Assembly (NCBI RefSeq): GCF_001598795.1 | Contig: NZ_BCZP01000005.1 | Location: forward strand, 240,001-272,000 | DNA length: 32,000 nt | Direction of reading: 5' to 3' | DNA from: Delftia acidovorans NBRC 14950 | GTDB lineage: Bacteria; Pseudomonadota; Gammaproteobacteria; Burkholderiales; Burkholderiaceae_C | Shown: positions 1 through 7,509 of the stretch, piece by piece | Position numbering within the stretch: position 1 is the stretch's first letter | Layout of the letters: the number at the start of each line of letters is the position of its first letter | Made by a program: the position numbers and the translations under genes | Notes under the pieces: generated by a model | The model's input: the letters and a program-made list of their open reading frames with translations, nothing else | What the model was told of the DNA's origin: nothing | The model's database searches: none

Positions 1-1
1 G

Positions 2-181
2 ACCAAGACCGTGCTGCTGCCCTTCACGCTGGACGGCAAGCGCCTGGATGTGCGCCTGTCGCCGCCGCGCCTGGGCGAGCACAGCCTGGAGATCCTCACC
101 GCCCTGGGCTACAGCAGCGAGCAGGCCCTGGCCCTGGCCCGGGGCGACGCCACCGACAGCCACGCCAAGGCTTCCCACTGA
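2..181 (+). CDS. 3' end of a family III CoA-transferase (CaiB/BaiF/Frc-like) gene, truncated by the window edge
   Basis: The frame is open from the left edge and translates to TKTVLLPFTLDGKRLDVRLSPPRLGEHSLEILTALGYSSEQALALARGDATDSHAKASH, ending at TGA 179-181. The block P-x-LGEH-x-x-EIL-x-x-LGY near the C-terminus is typical of family III CoA-transferases. The ORF is absent from the track because it has no start inside the window. Confidence 0.55.
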   Translation, partial: TKTVLLPFTLDGKRLDVRLSPPRLGEHSLEILTALGYSSEQALALARGDATDSHAKASH

Positions 182-318
182 AGCCAGGCTGAGCCACTGA
201 AGGCGCCGCCGTCCACCCGGCGCGCGGCGCCCTTCCATCCCATCCACCCCTTACCGGACGACGCTTGCCACGCGCCCGGCGGGGAGGCCTTTTCCCAAAA
301 ATTCCCGGAGACAACACC

Positions 319-1380
319 ATGCCCGCCATCCACCGCAACCCGGCCGCCCAAAAACAGATACAGACACTGACACAGACCCAGGCCCGCCCTTGCTCCGCCC
401 CGCGCCGCCAGTTGCTGCTGTGCGCCCTGCCCGCATTGGCTGCCGCCCTGCTCCCGCTGGCGGCCCAGGCCCAGCCTGACCACTGGCCCTCACGCGCCGT
501 GCGCATGGTCGTGCCCTACACGCCGGGCGGCGGCACGGACGCGGTCGCGCGCCAGATCAGCGAGCGCGTGGGCACGCTGAACAAATGGACCGTGGTCGTG
601 GACAACAAGCCCGGCGCGGGCGGCAACATCGGCCTGGATGCAGTGGCCAAGTCCGCGCCGGATGGCTATACCTTCGGCATGGGCCAGACCGCCAACCTCG
701 CCATCAACCCCGCCCTGCTGCCCAGCATGCCCTTCAACCCGCGCACCGACCTGATCCCCGTGGCCCTGGTCGCTGCCCAGCCCACGGTGCTGGTCGTGCC
801 GCAGGAATCGCCATGGAAGTCCGTGCAGGACCTGGTCAAGGCCGCCAAGGCCGACCCGGGCGGCATCCGCCAGGGACTGGCATCGACGGGCACGGTAGGC
901 CACCTGGCCGGCGAGATGCTGGCCTTCAAGGCCGGCATCCAGGTGCTGAACGTGCCCTACAAGGGCGCAGCGCCGGCCGTGACCGACCTGCTGGGCAAGC
1001 AGACGCACTACATGTTCGGCACGCCCCAGGCCGTCTATCCGCTGCTCAAGGGCGGCAAGCTGCGCGCCCTGGCCGTGACCTCGGCCAAGCGCCTGCCCAT
1101 CCTGCCCGAGGTGCCCACCGTGGCCGAATCGGGCTATGCAGGCTTCGAGGCCGTGGACTGGAAGCTCATCGTCGCGCCCAAGGGCACGCCGGCTGCCATC
1201 GTGCAGAAGATGAACACCGCCGTGAACGCGGCCCTGCAGCAGCCCGCCGTGCAGCAGCAACTGCAGGCCGAGGGCAGCACGGCCCTGGGCGGCAGCATCC
1301 AGGACGCGGCCCAATACCTGCTCAAGGAACAGACGGACTGGGCCGCGCTGATCCGCGACGCAAAGATACGCCTGGAGTGA
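319..1380 (+). CDS. Bug/TctC-family tripartite tricarboxylate transporter substrate-binding protein (periplasmic)
   Basis: ATG 319 lies 8 nt after GGAG (307-310); the track ORF starts earlier at a TTG (265). There is a signal/Tat-like N-terminus (RRQLLLCALPALAAALLPLAAQA). The blocks VVPYTPGGGTDAVAR and VVVDNKPGAGGNIG...APDGYTF are hallmark Bug-family motifs. Confidence 0.85.
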   Translation: MPAIHRNPAAQKQIQTLTQTQARPCSAPRRQLLLCALPALAAALLPLAAQAQPDHWPSRAVRMVVPYTPGGGTDAVARQISERVGTLNKWTVVVDNKPGAGGNIGLDAVAKSAPDGYTFGMGQTANLAINPALLPSMPFNPRTDLIPVALVAAQPTVLVVPQESPWKSVQDLVKAAKADPGGIRQGLASTGTVGHLAGEMLAFKAGIQVLNVPYKGAAPAVTDLLGKQTHYMFGTPQAVYPLLKGGKLRALAVTSAKRLPILPEVPTVAESGYAGFEAVDWKLIVAPKGTPAAIVQKMNTAVNAALQQPAVQQQLQAEGSTALGGSIQDAAQYLLKEQTDWAALIRDAKIRLE

Positions 1381-1412
1381 CCACGGAATAACGACGCCGC
1401 AGCGGCGCAATG

Positions 1413-1452
1413 AAAAAGGCGCGGAGCCCCTTTCGGGACCCGCGCCTTTTTT
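1413..1452. terminator. Bidirectional rho-independent terminator between convergent genes
   Basis: The stem GGCGCGG (1418-1424) pairs with CCGCGCC (1440-1446). It is flanked by an A-run (1413-1417) and a T-run (1447-1452). It sits between the Bug gene stop and the decarboxylase stop. Confidence 0.65.
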
Positions 1453-1476
1453 ATGGGCCGTCAGCCGGCCCGGCGA

Positions 1477-4080
1477 TCAGATCGTGCGGCCGAAGGGACC
1501 ATCGTCCCCCACCTGCACCATCTTGCGGCCGCGCGCAGGCTTGGCTGCGGTGCCGACTTCAGGCGCGGCGGGCTGCGCCTTGCGCGCTGCGGGGCGCTTG
1601 GCAGGCGCCTTGACCCCGGCGGCCTTGGCAACCTTGGCGGCCGGCTTGGCTGCCGGTTTCGCGGCTGCCTTGGCAACTGTCTTGGCCGCTGCCTTGGCCG
1701 CAGGCTTGGCTGCAGTCTTCACGGCCTTCTTCGCAGCAGGCTTGCCACCTGCCGGCGTCTTGCGGGCCGGCGCGGTCCCGGCCACGCAGTCGGCGTAGTA
1801 GCGCACTTCGCCATCTTCGCTTTGCAGTTCCACCAGGCCGTGGATGTCGGTCTCGAAGCCTGGGCACTCCTTGGCGAACTCGCGCGCAAACAGCAGGTAG
1901 TCCACGATCTTGCGGTTGAACACTTCGCCGGGAATCAGCAGCGGAATGCCGGGCGGGTACGGCGTGACCAGGCCCACGGTGATGCGGCCTTCCAGGTGGT
2001 CGATCTCCACGCGCTCGGTCTTGCGCTGCGCGATGTGGGCGTAGGCATCGGTGGGCTTCATGGCGGGCTGCAGGTCCGACAGGTACATCTCGGTCGTCAG
2101 GCGGGCGATGTCGTACTTGGCGTACAGCTGGTGCACGTGCTGGCACAGGTCGCGCAGGCCCATGCGCTCGTAGCGGCGGTGCTGCTGGCAGAACTCGGGC
2201 AGGATGCGCGCCAGCGGCTGGTTGCGGTCGTAGTCGTCCTTGAACTGCTGCAGCGCCGTCAGCATGGTGTTCCAGCGGCCCTTGGTGATGCCGATGGTGA
2301 ACATGATGAAGAACGAGTACAGGCCCGTCTTCTCCACCACCACGCCGTGCTCGGCCAGGTACTTGGTCACGATGGAGGCGGGGATGCCCGTGTCCGAGAA
2401 ATCGCCGTCCAGGTCCAGGCCCGGCGTCACGATGGTGGACTTGATCGGGTCCAGCATGTTGAAGCCGTCGGCCAGCTCGCCGAAGCCGTGCCAGTTGTCG
2501 AACTCCTTGCCGTTCTTGGCCTTGGAGCGCTTGGGCGCCGCGTCATGGCCGCGGATGATCCAGTCCTGGGCCGAGCCCACGCCTTCATCGGCCAGCTTCT
2601 CGGGACCCCAGACCTCGAACCACCAGTCGTCGTCGCCGAACTCGTCCTCCACCTTGCGCATGGCGCGGCGGAAGTCCAGCGCTTCCAGAATGGACTCCTC
2701 CACCAGGGCCGTGCCGCCGGGCGGCTCCATCATCGCGGCGGCCACGTCGCAGCTGGCGATGATGCTGTACTGCGGGCTGGTCGAGGTGTGCATCAGGTAC
2801 GCCTCGTTGAACAGGTGGTGGTCCAGCTTTTCGGTCTGGCTATCCTGCACCAGCACATGCGAGGCCTGGCTGATGCCGGCCAGCAGCTTGTGGATGGACT
2901 GCGTGGCATACACCACCGAGTGCTTGGGGCGCGCGCGCTTCTTGCCCATGGCGTGGTAGCTGCCATAGAACGGGTGGAAGGCAGCGTGCGGTAGCCAGGC
3001 CTCATCGAAGTGCAGGTTGGCCACATAGCCGTCCAGCATGCTCTTGATGGTCTCGGTGTTGTAGAGCACGCCGTCGTAGGTGGACTGCGTCAGCGTCAGC
3101 ACGCGCGGCTTGACAGTCTTGGCATCCACGCCCTTGAGCAGCGGATTGGCCGCGATCTTGGCCTGGATGGACTCCACCGAGAACTCGCTTTGCGGGATCG
3201 GGCCGATGATGCCGAAGTGGTTGCGCGTGGGCTTGAGGAACACCGGAATCGCACCCGTCATGATGATGGAGTGCAGGATGGACTTGTGGCAGTTGCGGTC
3301 CACCACGACCACGTCGCCGGGCGCCACGGCGTGGTGCCACACGATCTTGTTCGACGTGGACGTGCCGTTGGTCACGAAGTAGCAATGGTCGGCATTGAAG
3401 ATGCGGGCGGCATTGCGCTCGCTCTCGCCGATGGCGCCGTTGTGGTCCAGCAGCTGGCCCAGCTCCTCCACCGCGTTGCACACGTCGGCGCGCAGCATGT
3501 TCTCGCCGTAGAACTGGTGGTACATCTGGCCCACGGGGCTTTTCAGGAAGGCCACGCCGCCCGAGTGTCCGGGGCAGTGCCAGCTGTAGGAGCCGTCTTC
3601 CGCATAGTCCAGCAGCGCCTTGAAGAACGGTGGCTGCACGCCTTCCAGGTAGCTCTTGGCTTCGCGGATGATGTGCTTGGCCACGAACTCCGGCGTATCC
3701 TCGAACATGTGGATGAAGCCGTGCAGCTCGCGCAGGATGTCGTTGGGCAGGTGACGGCTGGTCTTGGTCTCGCCGTAGATGTAGATCGGCACATCGGCGT
3801 TCTTGCGGCGCACTTCGCCAATGAAGCTGCGCAGGCTGTGGATCACGGGATCGGTTCCGCCATCGCCCAGCGAGAACTCCTCGTCATCGATGGACAGAAT
3901 GAAGGCACTGGCCCGGCTTTGCTGCTGCGCGAATTGCGACAGGTCGCCGTAGCTGGTCACGCCCAGCACCTCGAAACCTTCTTCCTCGATGGCCTGGGCC
4001 AGGGCGCGGATGCCCAGGCCCGAGGTGTTCTCGGAGCGGTAGTCCTCGTCGATGATGACGATGGGAAAGCGAAACTTCAT
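1477..4080 (-). CDS. Large PLP-dependent Orn/Lys/Arg decarboxylase (LdcC/CadA/SpeC fold family) with a ~99-aa C-terminal Ala-Lys-Pro-rich histone-H1-like tail
   Basis: 867-aa ORF. The ATG at 4080 lies 8 nt after GGAGG (complement of 4089-4093). The N-terminus has a CheY-like wing (MKFRFPIVIIDEDYRSE...). The PLP-lysine block QSIHKLLAGISQASHVLV matches the S-x-HK motif of LdcI/LdcC-type enzymes. The length and domain order fit this family up to about residue 768. Confidence 0.9.
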   Translation of the reverse strand: MKFRFPIVIIDEDYRSENTSGLGIRALAQAIEEEGFEVLGVTSYGDLSQFAQQQSRASAFILSIDDEEFSLGDGGTDPVIHSLRSFIGEVRRKNADVPIYIYGETKTSRHLPNDILRELHGFIHMFEDTPEFVAKHIIREAKSYLEGVQPPFFKALLDYAEDGSYSWHCPGHSGGVAFLKSPVGQMYHQFYGENMLRADVCNAVEELGQLLDHNGAIGESERNAARIFNADHCYFVTNGTSTSNKIVWHHAVAPGDVVVVDRNCHKSILHSIIMTGAIPVFLKPTRNHFGIIGPIPQSEFSVESIQAKIAANPLLKGVDAKTVKPRVLTLTQSTYDGVLYNTETIKSMLDGYVANLHFDEAWLPHAAFHPFYGSYHAMGKKRARPKHSVVYATQSIHKLLAGISQASHVLVQDSQTEKLDHHLFNEAYLMHTSTSPQYSIIASCDVAAAMMEPPGGTALVEESILEALDFRRAMRKVEDEFGDDDWWFEVWGPEKLADEGVGSAQDWIIRGHDAAPKRSKAKNGKEFDNWHGFGELADGFNMLDPIKSTIVTPGLDLDGDFSDTGIPASIVTKYLAEHGVVVEKTGLYSFFIMFTIGITKGRWNTMLTALQQFKDDYDRNQPLARILPEFCQQHRRYERMGLRDLCQHVHQLYAKYDIARLTTEMYLSDLQPAMKPTDAYAHIAQRKTERVEIDHLEGRITVGLVTPYPPGIPLLIPGEVFNRKIVDYLLFAREFAKECPGFETDIHGLVELQSEDGEVRYYADCVAGTAPARKTPAGGKPAAKKAVKTAAKPAAKAAAKTVAKAAAKPAAKPAAKVAKAAGVKAPAKRPAARKAQPAAPEVGTAAKPARGRKMVQVGDDGPFGRTI

Positions 4081-4229
4081 GGGGGCAGCCTCCGTAACCT
4101 GAGCGGGCCAAAAAACGAAACAGGCGCGAAGTGTAAGGAATATCCTTATTGCGCCTTTGAAGCGTGCGGATTTTCACCCAGAATGTGCTGCACTAAACAC
4201 AAGCAACTGTCACAAAGGGAGTCTCACGC

Positions 4230-4655
4230 ATGGAATATTCCACCATCTGGTGGCTAGTCGCCGGCGCCTTGGTCATCGCCGAGCTGCTGACCGGCAGCTT
4301 CTATCTGCTGATGCTGGCGCTGGGCGCCATCATCGGCGCGCTGTGCGCGCATGCGGGCCTGGCGCCCATTGCACAGATCATCATCGCCGCCGCGCTGGGC
4401 AGCGCCTTCGTGCTGGCCTGCTATCTGGTGCGCCGCCGCCAGCCCAGCCGCCAGCCGGCATCGAGCAACCGCGATGTCAATCTCGACATAGGCGAGTCCG
4501 TCATGGTCGAGCAATGGAATTCCGACGGCACGGCCCAGGTCCGCTACCGTGGCGCCCAATGGACCGTGATCGGCCGCCCGGGCAACCTGCCCTCGGCCGG
4601 CATGCACCGCGTGGCCGAGGTCGTCGGCAACCGGCTGCTCGTGGACAAGCTCTGA
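4230..4655 (+). CDS. NfeD-family membrane protein (partner of the SPFH protein)
   Basis: ATG 4230 is preceded by AGGGAG (4216-4221). The N-terminal half has two or three hydrophobic helices. The C-terminal soluble beta-domain motif (VMVEQWNSDGTAQVRYRGAQWTV) is typical of the NfeD OB-fold. The gene lies immediately upstream of an SPFH gene, which is the classical pairing. Confidence 0.8.
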   Translation: MEYSTIWWLVAGALVIAELLTGSFYLLMLALGAIIGALCAHAGLAPIAQIIIAAALGSAFVLACYLVRRRQPSRQPASSNRDVNLDIGESVMVEQWNSDGTAQVRYRGAQWTVIGRPGNLPSAGMHRVAEVVGNRLLVDKL

Positions 4656-4755
4656 GCCACCGCTGCACCTCTTGCGCACACCTGGGGATGCAGTCCTCGC
4701 GCCCCTTCGCCTCACCCTCTTGTTTCACTGAATGCCCTCCGGGCTTGGAGACACC

Positions 4756-5673
4756 ATGGAAATCGCCATCGTCATCGCCGTCATCGCGGCCATCTTCATC
4801 GCACGCTCCGTCAAGGTCGTGCCCCAGCAGCACGCCTGGGTCAAGGAACGCCTTGGCAAGTACGCCGGCACGCTCACGCCGGGCCTGAACTTCCTCGTGC
4901 CCTTCGTGGACCGCGTGGCCTACAAGCACAGCCTCAAGGAAATCCCGCTGGATGTGCCCAGCCAGGTCTGCATCACGCGCGACAACACCCAGCTGCAGGT
5001 GGACGGCATCCTCTACTTCCAGGTCACCGATCCCATGCGCGCCAGCTACGGCTCGTCCAACTACATCATGGCCGTCACCCAACTGGCCCAGACCTCGCTG
5101 CGCAGCGTGATCGGCAAGCTCGAACTGGACAAGACCTTCGAGGAGCGCGACATGATCAACGCCCAGATCGTCTCGGCCATCGACGAGGCCGCGCTCAACT
5201 GGGGCGTGAAGGTGCTGCGCTATGAAATCAAGGACCTGACGCCGCCGGCTGAAATCCTGCGCTCCATGCAGGCCCAGATCACGGCCGAGCGCGAAAAGCG
5301 CGCCCTGATCGCCGCCTCCGAAGGCCGCCGCCAGGAACAGATCAACATCGCCACCGGCGAGCGCGAAGCCTTCATCGCACGCTCCGAAGGCGAGAAGCAG
5401 GCCGTCATCAACAAGGCCCAGGGCGAGGCCGAATCCATCAAGGCCGTGGCTGACGCCACCGCCCAGGCCATCGAACGCGTGGCCACCGCCATCCGCCAGC
5501 CCGGCGGCGAACAGGCCGTGCAGCTCAAGGTGGCCGAAAAGGCCGTCGAGGCCTACAGCCAGGTGGCATCGGACGCCACCACCACCTTGATCGTTCCCAG
5601 CAACATGACCGAGGTATCGAGCCTGATCACCTCGGCCATGAAGATGATCCAGACCGGACAGCGCACCAGCTGA
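4756..5673 (+). CDS. SPFH/band-7 (stomatin/QmcA-like) membrane protein
   Basis: ATG 4756 is preceded by GGAG (4747-4750); the track ORF begins at 4732. There is an N-terminal TM helix (MEIAIVIAVIAAIFIA). The blocks VVPQQHAWVKERLGKY...LNFLVPFVDRV...QVCITRDNTQLQVDGILYFQVTDP are classical SPFH motifs, followed by a coiled-coil EA-rich tail. Confidence 0.9.
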   Translation: MEIAIVIAVIAAIFIARSVKVVPQQHAWVKERLGKYAGTLTPGLNFLVPFVDRVAYKHSLKEIPLDVPSQVCITRDNTQLQVDGILYFQVTDPMRASYGSSNYIMAVTQLAQTSLRSVIGKLELDKTFEERDMINAQIVSAIDEAALNWGVKVLRYEIKDLTPPAEILRSMQAQITAEREKRALIAASEGRRQEQINIATGEREAFIARSEGEKQAVINKAQGEAESIKAVADATAQAIERVATAIRQPGGEQAVQLKVAEKAVEAYSQVASDATTTLIVPSNMTEVSSLITSAMKMIQTGQRTS

Positions 5674-5693
5674 GATCCGCCGGACCCCCACGA

Positions 5694-5720
5694 AGAACGG
5701 GCCATCGCGGCCCGTTTTTC
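5694..5720. terminator. Probable bidirectional terminator between the SPFH and tautomerase genes
   Basis: Hairpin gaacgggcc-atcgc-ggcccgtt followed by a T-run (tttttc), located between convergent stop codons. Confidence 0.55.
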
Positions 5721-6123
5721 ATTGCGCGCCGGTCTGCTGCACCAGTGCCATGGCGAAGCGCCCATGGCCCACGGACCAGTCCGAGTAGTCGTTCTCATGC
5801 ATGAAGATGAACACATCGGCCGGCGCAACCCCGGCCCCCTCGTGCAGGTTGCGCGCAATGGCCGCATACAAGGCCTTCTTCATCGCGTCGCTGCGTCCGC
5901 GCCGCATGGTGATCTCGACCACCACCACCGCATCCGAACGCGCCACCCCGTTGAAACTGCGGCTGAACGCGAACTGCCCGGGAGCGTACGGGTGCACCAT
6001 GTTGAACAGCTCGTCCTCGGGCATGCCAATGCCTTGCACCAGCGCCTGGTGGATGCCCTGCACGACGGCATCGCGCTGGGAAGTGGAGGTGGACTGGGGC
6101 AGATAGGTGTGGACGAAGGGCAT
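5719..6123 (-). CDS. Tautomerase-superfamily enzyme (4-OT/Tautomerase_2-like, Pro-1)
   Basis: 134-aa ORF starting MPFVHTYL..., so proline follows the initiator Met, which is the catalytic hallmark. The size and the beta-alpha-beta-like repeat pattern fit the long tautomerase family. It is divergent from a LysR regulator. Confidence 0.65.
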   Translation of the reverse strand: MPFVHTYLPQSTSTSQRDAVVQGIHQALVQGIGMPEDELFNMVHPYAPGQFAFSRSFNGVARSDAVVVVEITMRRGRSDAMKKALYAAIARNLHEGAGVAPADVFIFMHENDYSDWSVGHGRFAMALVQQTGAQ

Positions 6124-6248
6124 GGTGCTATGTGCTTTGGGATCGAATGGAGAGGGAGAGTCCGGCCAGAATCCACGCAGGAATTGCCGGCCGAAGCGGC
6201 AAATCTATCCACCGGCCCATTGCCTGAAAAGCGATGATTCGGCCGGTT

Positions 6249-6271
6249 CTATGTACCTGAAACTCACATAG
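6249..6271. promoter_or_regulatory. LysR-type T-N11-A operator candidate in the divergent tautomerase/LysR intergenic region
   Basis: Perfect inverted repeat CTATGT (6249-6254) - N11 - ACATAG (6266-6271). It lies upstream of the LysR start and 126 nt from the tautomerase start. Confidence 0.45.
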
Positions 6272-6309
6272 CCTCCACCCGCCCCGTGACACGACTCATG
6301 ACCCGACCC

Positions 6310-7281
6310 ATGACCCGCCACCTGCCCCCGCTGGCCGCCCTGCGCGCCTTTGAAGCTGCCGCACGCCTGGGCCGCATGACGGCGGCGGCAGACGAGCTGT
6401 GCGTCTCGCCCGGCGCCGTCAGCCGCCAGGTACGGCAGCTGGAGCAGCACCTGGGCCTGGCGCTGTTCGCGGGCACCAAGGCCCGCCCCACGCTCACCGC
6501 AGCGGCGCGCACCCTGCAGCCCGCGCTCACCCAGGCCTTCCAGCAGATCCAGGAGGCGGTGCGCAGCCTGGGCGACGCCCACGAAGGCCCGCTGGACGTG
6601 GCCTGCTTCAGCACCTTCACCGTCAAATGGCTGATCCCCCGGCTGTTCGACTTCCACGCGCACCATCCCGGCATCGAGGTGCGCCTGCGCACCACGGACA
6701 CCGGCACCGACGCTGCACGCGAAGGCTGCGACCTGCTCATCACGGCCATCCCCACCGACAGCAGCGGCAACAGCGGCCAGGCCATTGCAGACGACGAGTT
6801 GGCCCTGCCGCTTTTCGACGAATACCTGGGCCCCGTGATGTCCCCCGCAATGGCCGGGCCTGTCGCGCGGCCCCAGGACCTGGCCAGCCTCCCCTTGCTG
6901 CACACGCGCGGCCGGCGCGATGCCTGGGACCTGTGGGCCGCCTCCATGGACATGGCCCCGCCCGCAGCAGCCGGCCCCGTCTACGAGCACTACTACTTCA
7001 CGCTGGAAGCGGCGCTGCGCGGCCTGGGTGCAGCCGTCGCCCCCTGGCACCTGGTGATGGACGACGTGCAGGCCGGCCGCCTGCTGGCGCCCTTCGGCTT
7101 CAGGGCCTCCGGCTACCGCTACCTAGCACTGCGCCGCAGCACCGCCGCGCCTGCCCGGCTCGACACCCTGTGCACGTGGCTGCAGGCGCAGGTGCGGGCC
7201 ATGCCGCAAGTGCCAGCCGTCCAAGGCATGCCGATCACGCAGGCAGGCAACTTCGCCGCCACCCCCAAAAATCGATGCTAG
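6310..7281 (+). CDS. LysR-family transcriptional regulator (GcvA-like)
   Basis: The N-terminus MTRHLPPLAALRAFEAAARLGRMTAAADELCVSPGAVSRQV mirrors the GcvA-type wHTH (M-x-x-x-LPPLxALRxFxAAAR). Alternative in-frame starts are GTG 6286 and ATG 6298, inside a triple 12-nt repeat. The TAG stop is at 7279-7281. Confidence 0.85.
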   Translation: MTRHLPPLAALRAFEAAARLGRMTAAADELCVSPGAVSRQVRQLEQHLGLALFAGTKARPTLTAAARTLQPALTQAFQQIQEAVRSLGDAHEGPLDVACFSTFTVKWLIPRLFDFHAHHPGIEVRLRTTDTGTDAAREGCDLLITAIPTDSSGNSGQAIADDELALPLFDEYLGPVMSPAMAGPVARPQDLASLPLLHTRGRRDAWDLWAASMDMAPPAAAGPVYEHYYFTLEAALRGLGAAVAPWHLVMDDVQAGRLLAPFGFRASGYRYLALRRSTAAPARLDTLCTWLQAQVRAMPQVPAVQGMPITQAGNFAATPKNRC

Positions 7282-7284
7282 AAT
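7276..7284 (+). promoter_or_regulatory. Extended -10 element (TGcTAGAAT) of tRNA-Ser copy 1
   Basis: TGCTAGAAT ends 10 nt before the mature tRNA 5' end. The same geometry and near-identical sequence occur at copy 2. I see no good -35 element. Confidence 0.4.
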
Positions 7285-7294
7285 CGCGGTCTTC

Positions 7295-7385
<91 letters not shown>

Positions 7386-7393
7386 AATGATCT

Positions 7394-7430
7394 AAGCCCT
7401 TGATTGATTCAATCAAGGGCTTTTTTCTTT
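7394..7430. terminator. Rho-independent terminator after tRNA-Ser copy 1
   Basis: Perfect 13-bp stem AAGCCCTTGATTG/CAATCAAGGGCTT with a 3-nt loop, followed by TTTTTCTTT. Confidence 0.8.
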
Positions 7431-7509
7431 GCGCAGCGTGACCACACGGCAGGCATCAGGCGAGCCCGCTCCTGATCGCAGCGGGTTCGATTCAGGCCTG
7501 CCGCCCGGG

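Noticed and set aside
1453-4257. Long plus-strand ORFs (1453-2994, 513 aa; 3010-4257, 415 aa) opposite the decarboxylase gene
   Set aside because: They are antisense shadows of a gene with unmistakable family motifs. Their translations are Arg/Gly/Ala/His/Leu-rich with no motif. This is typical of the stop-poor antisense frames of high-GC3 genes.
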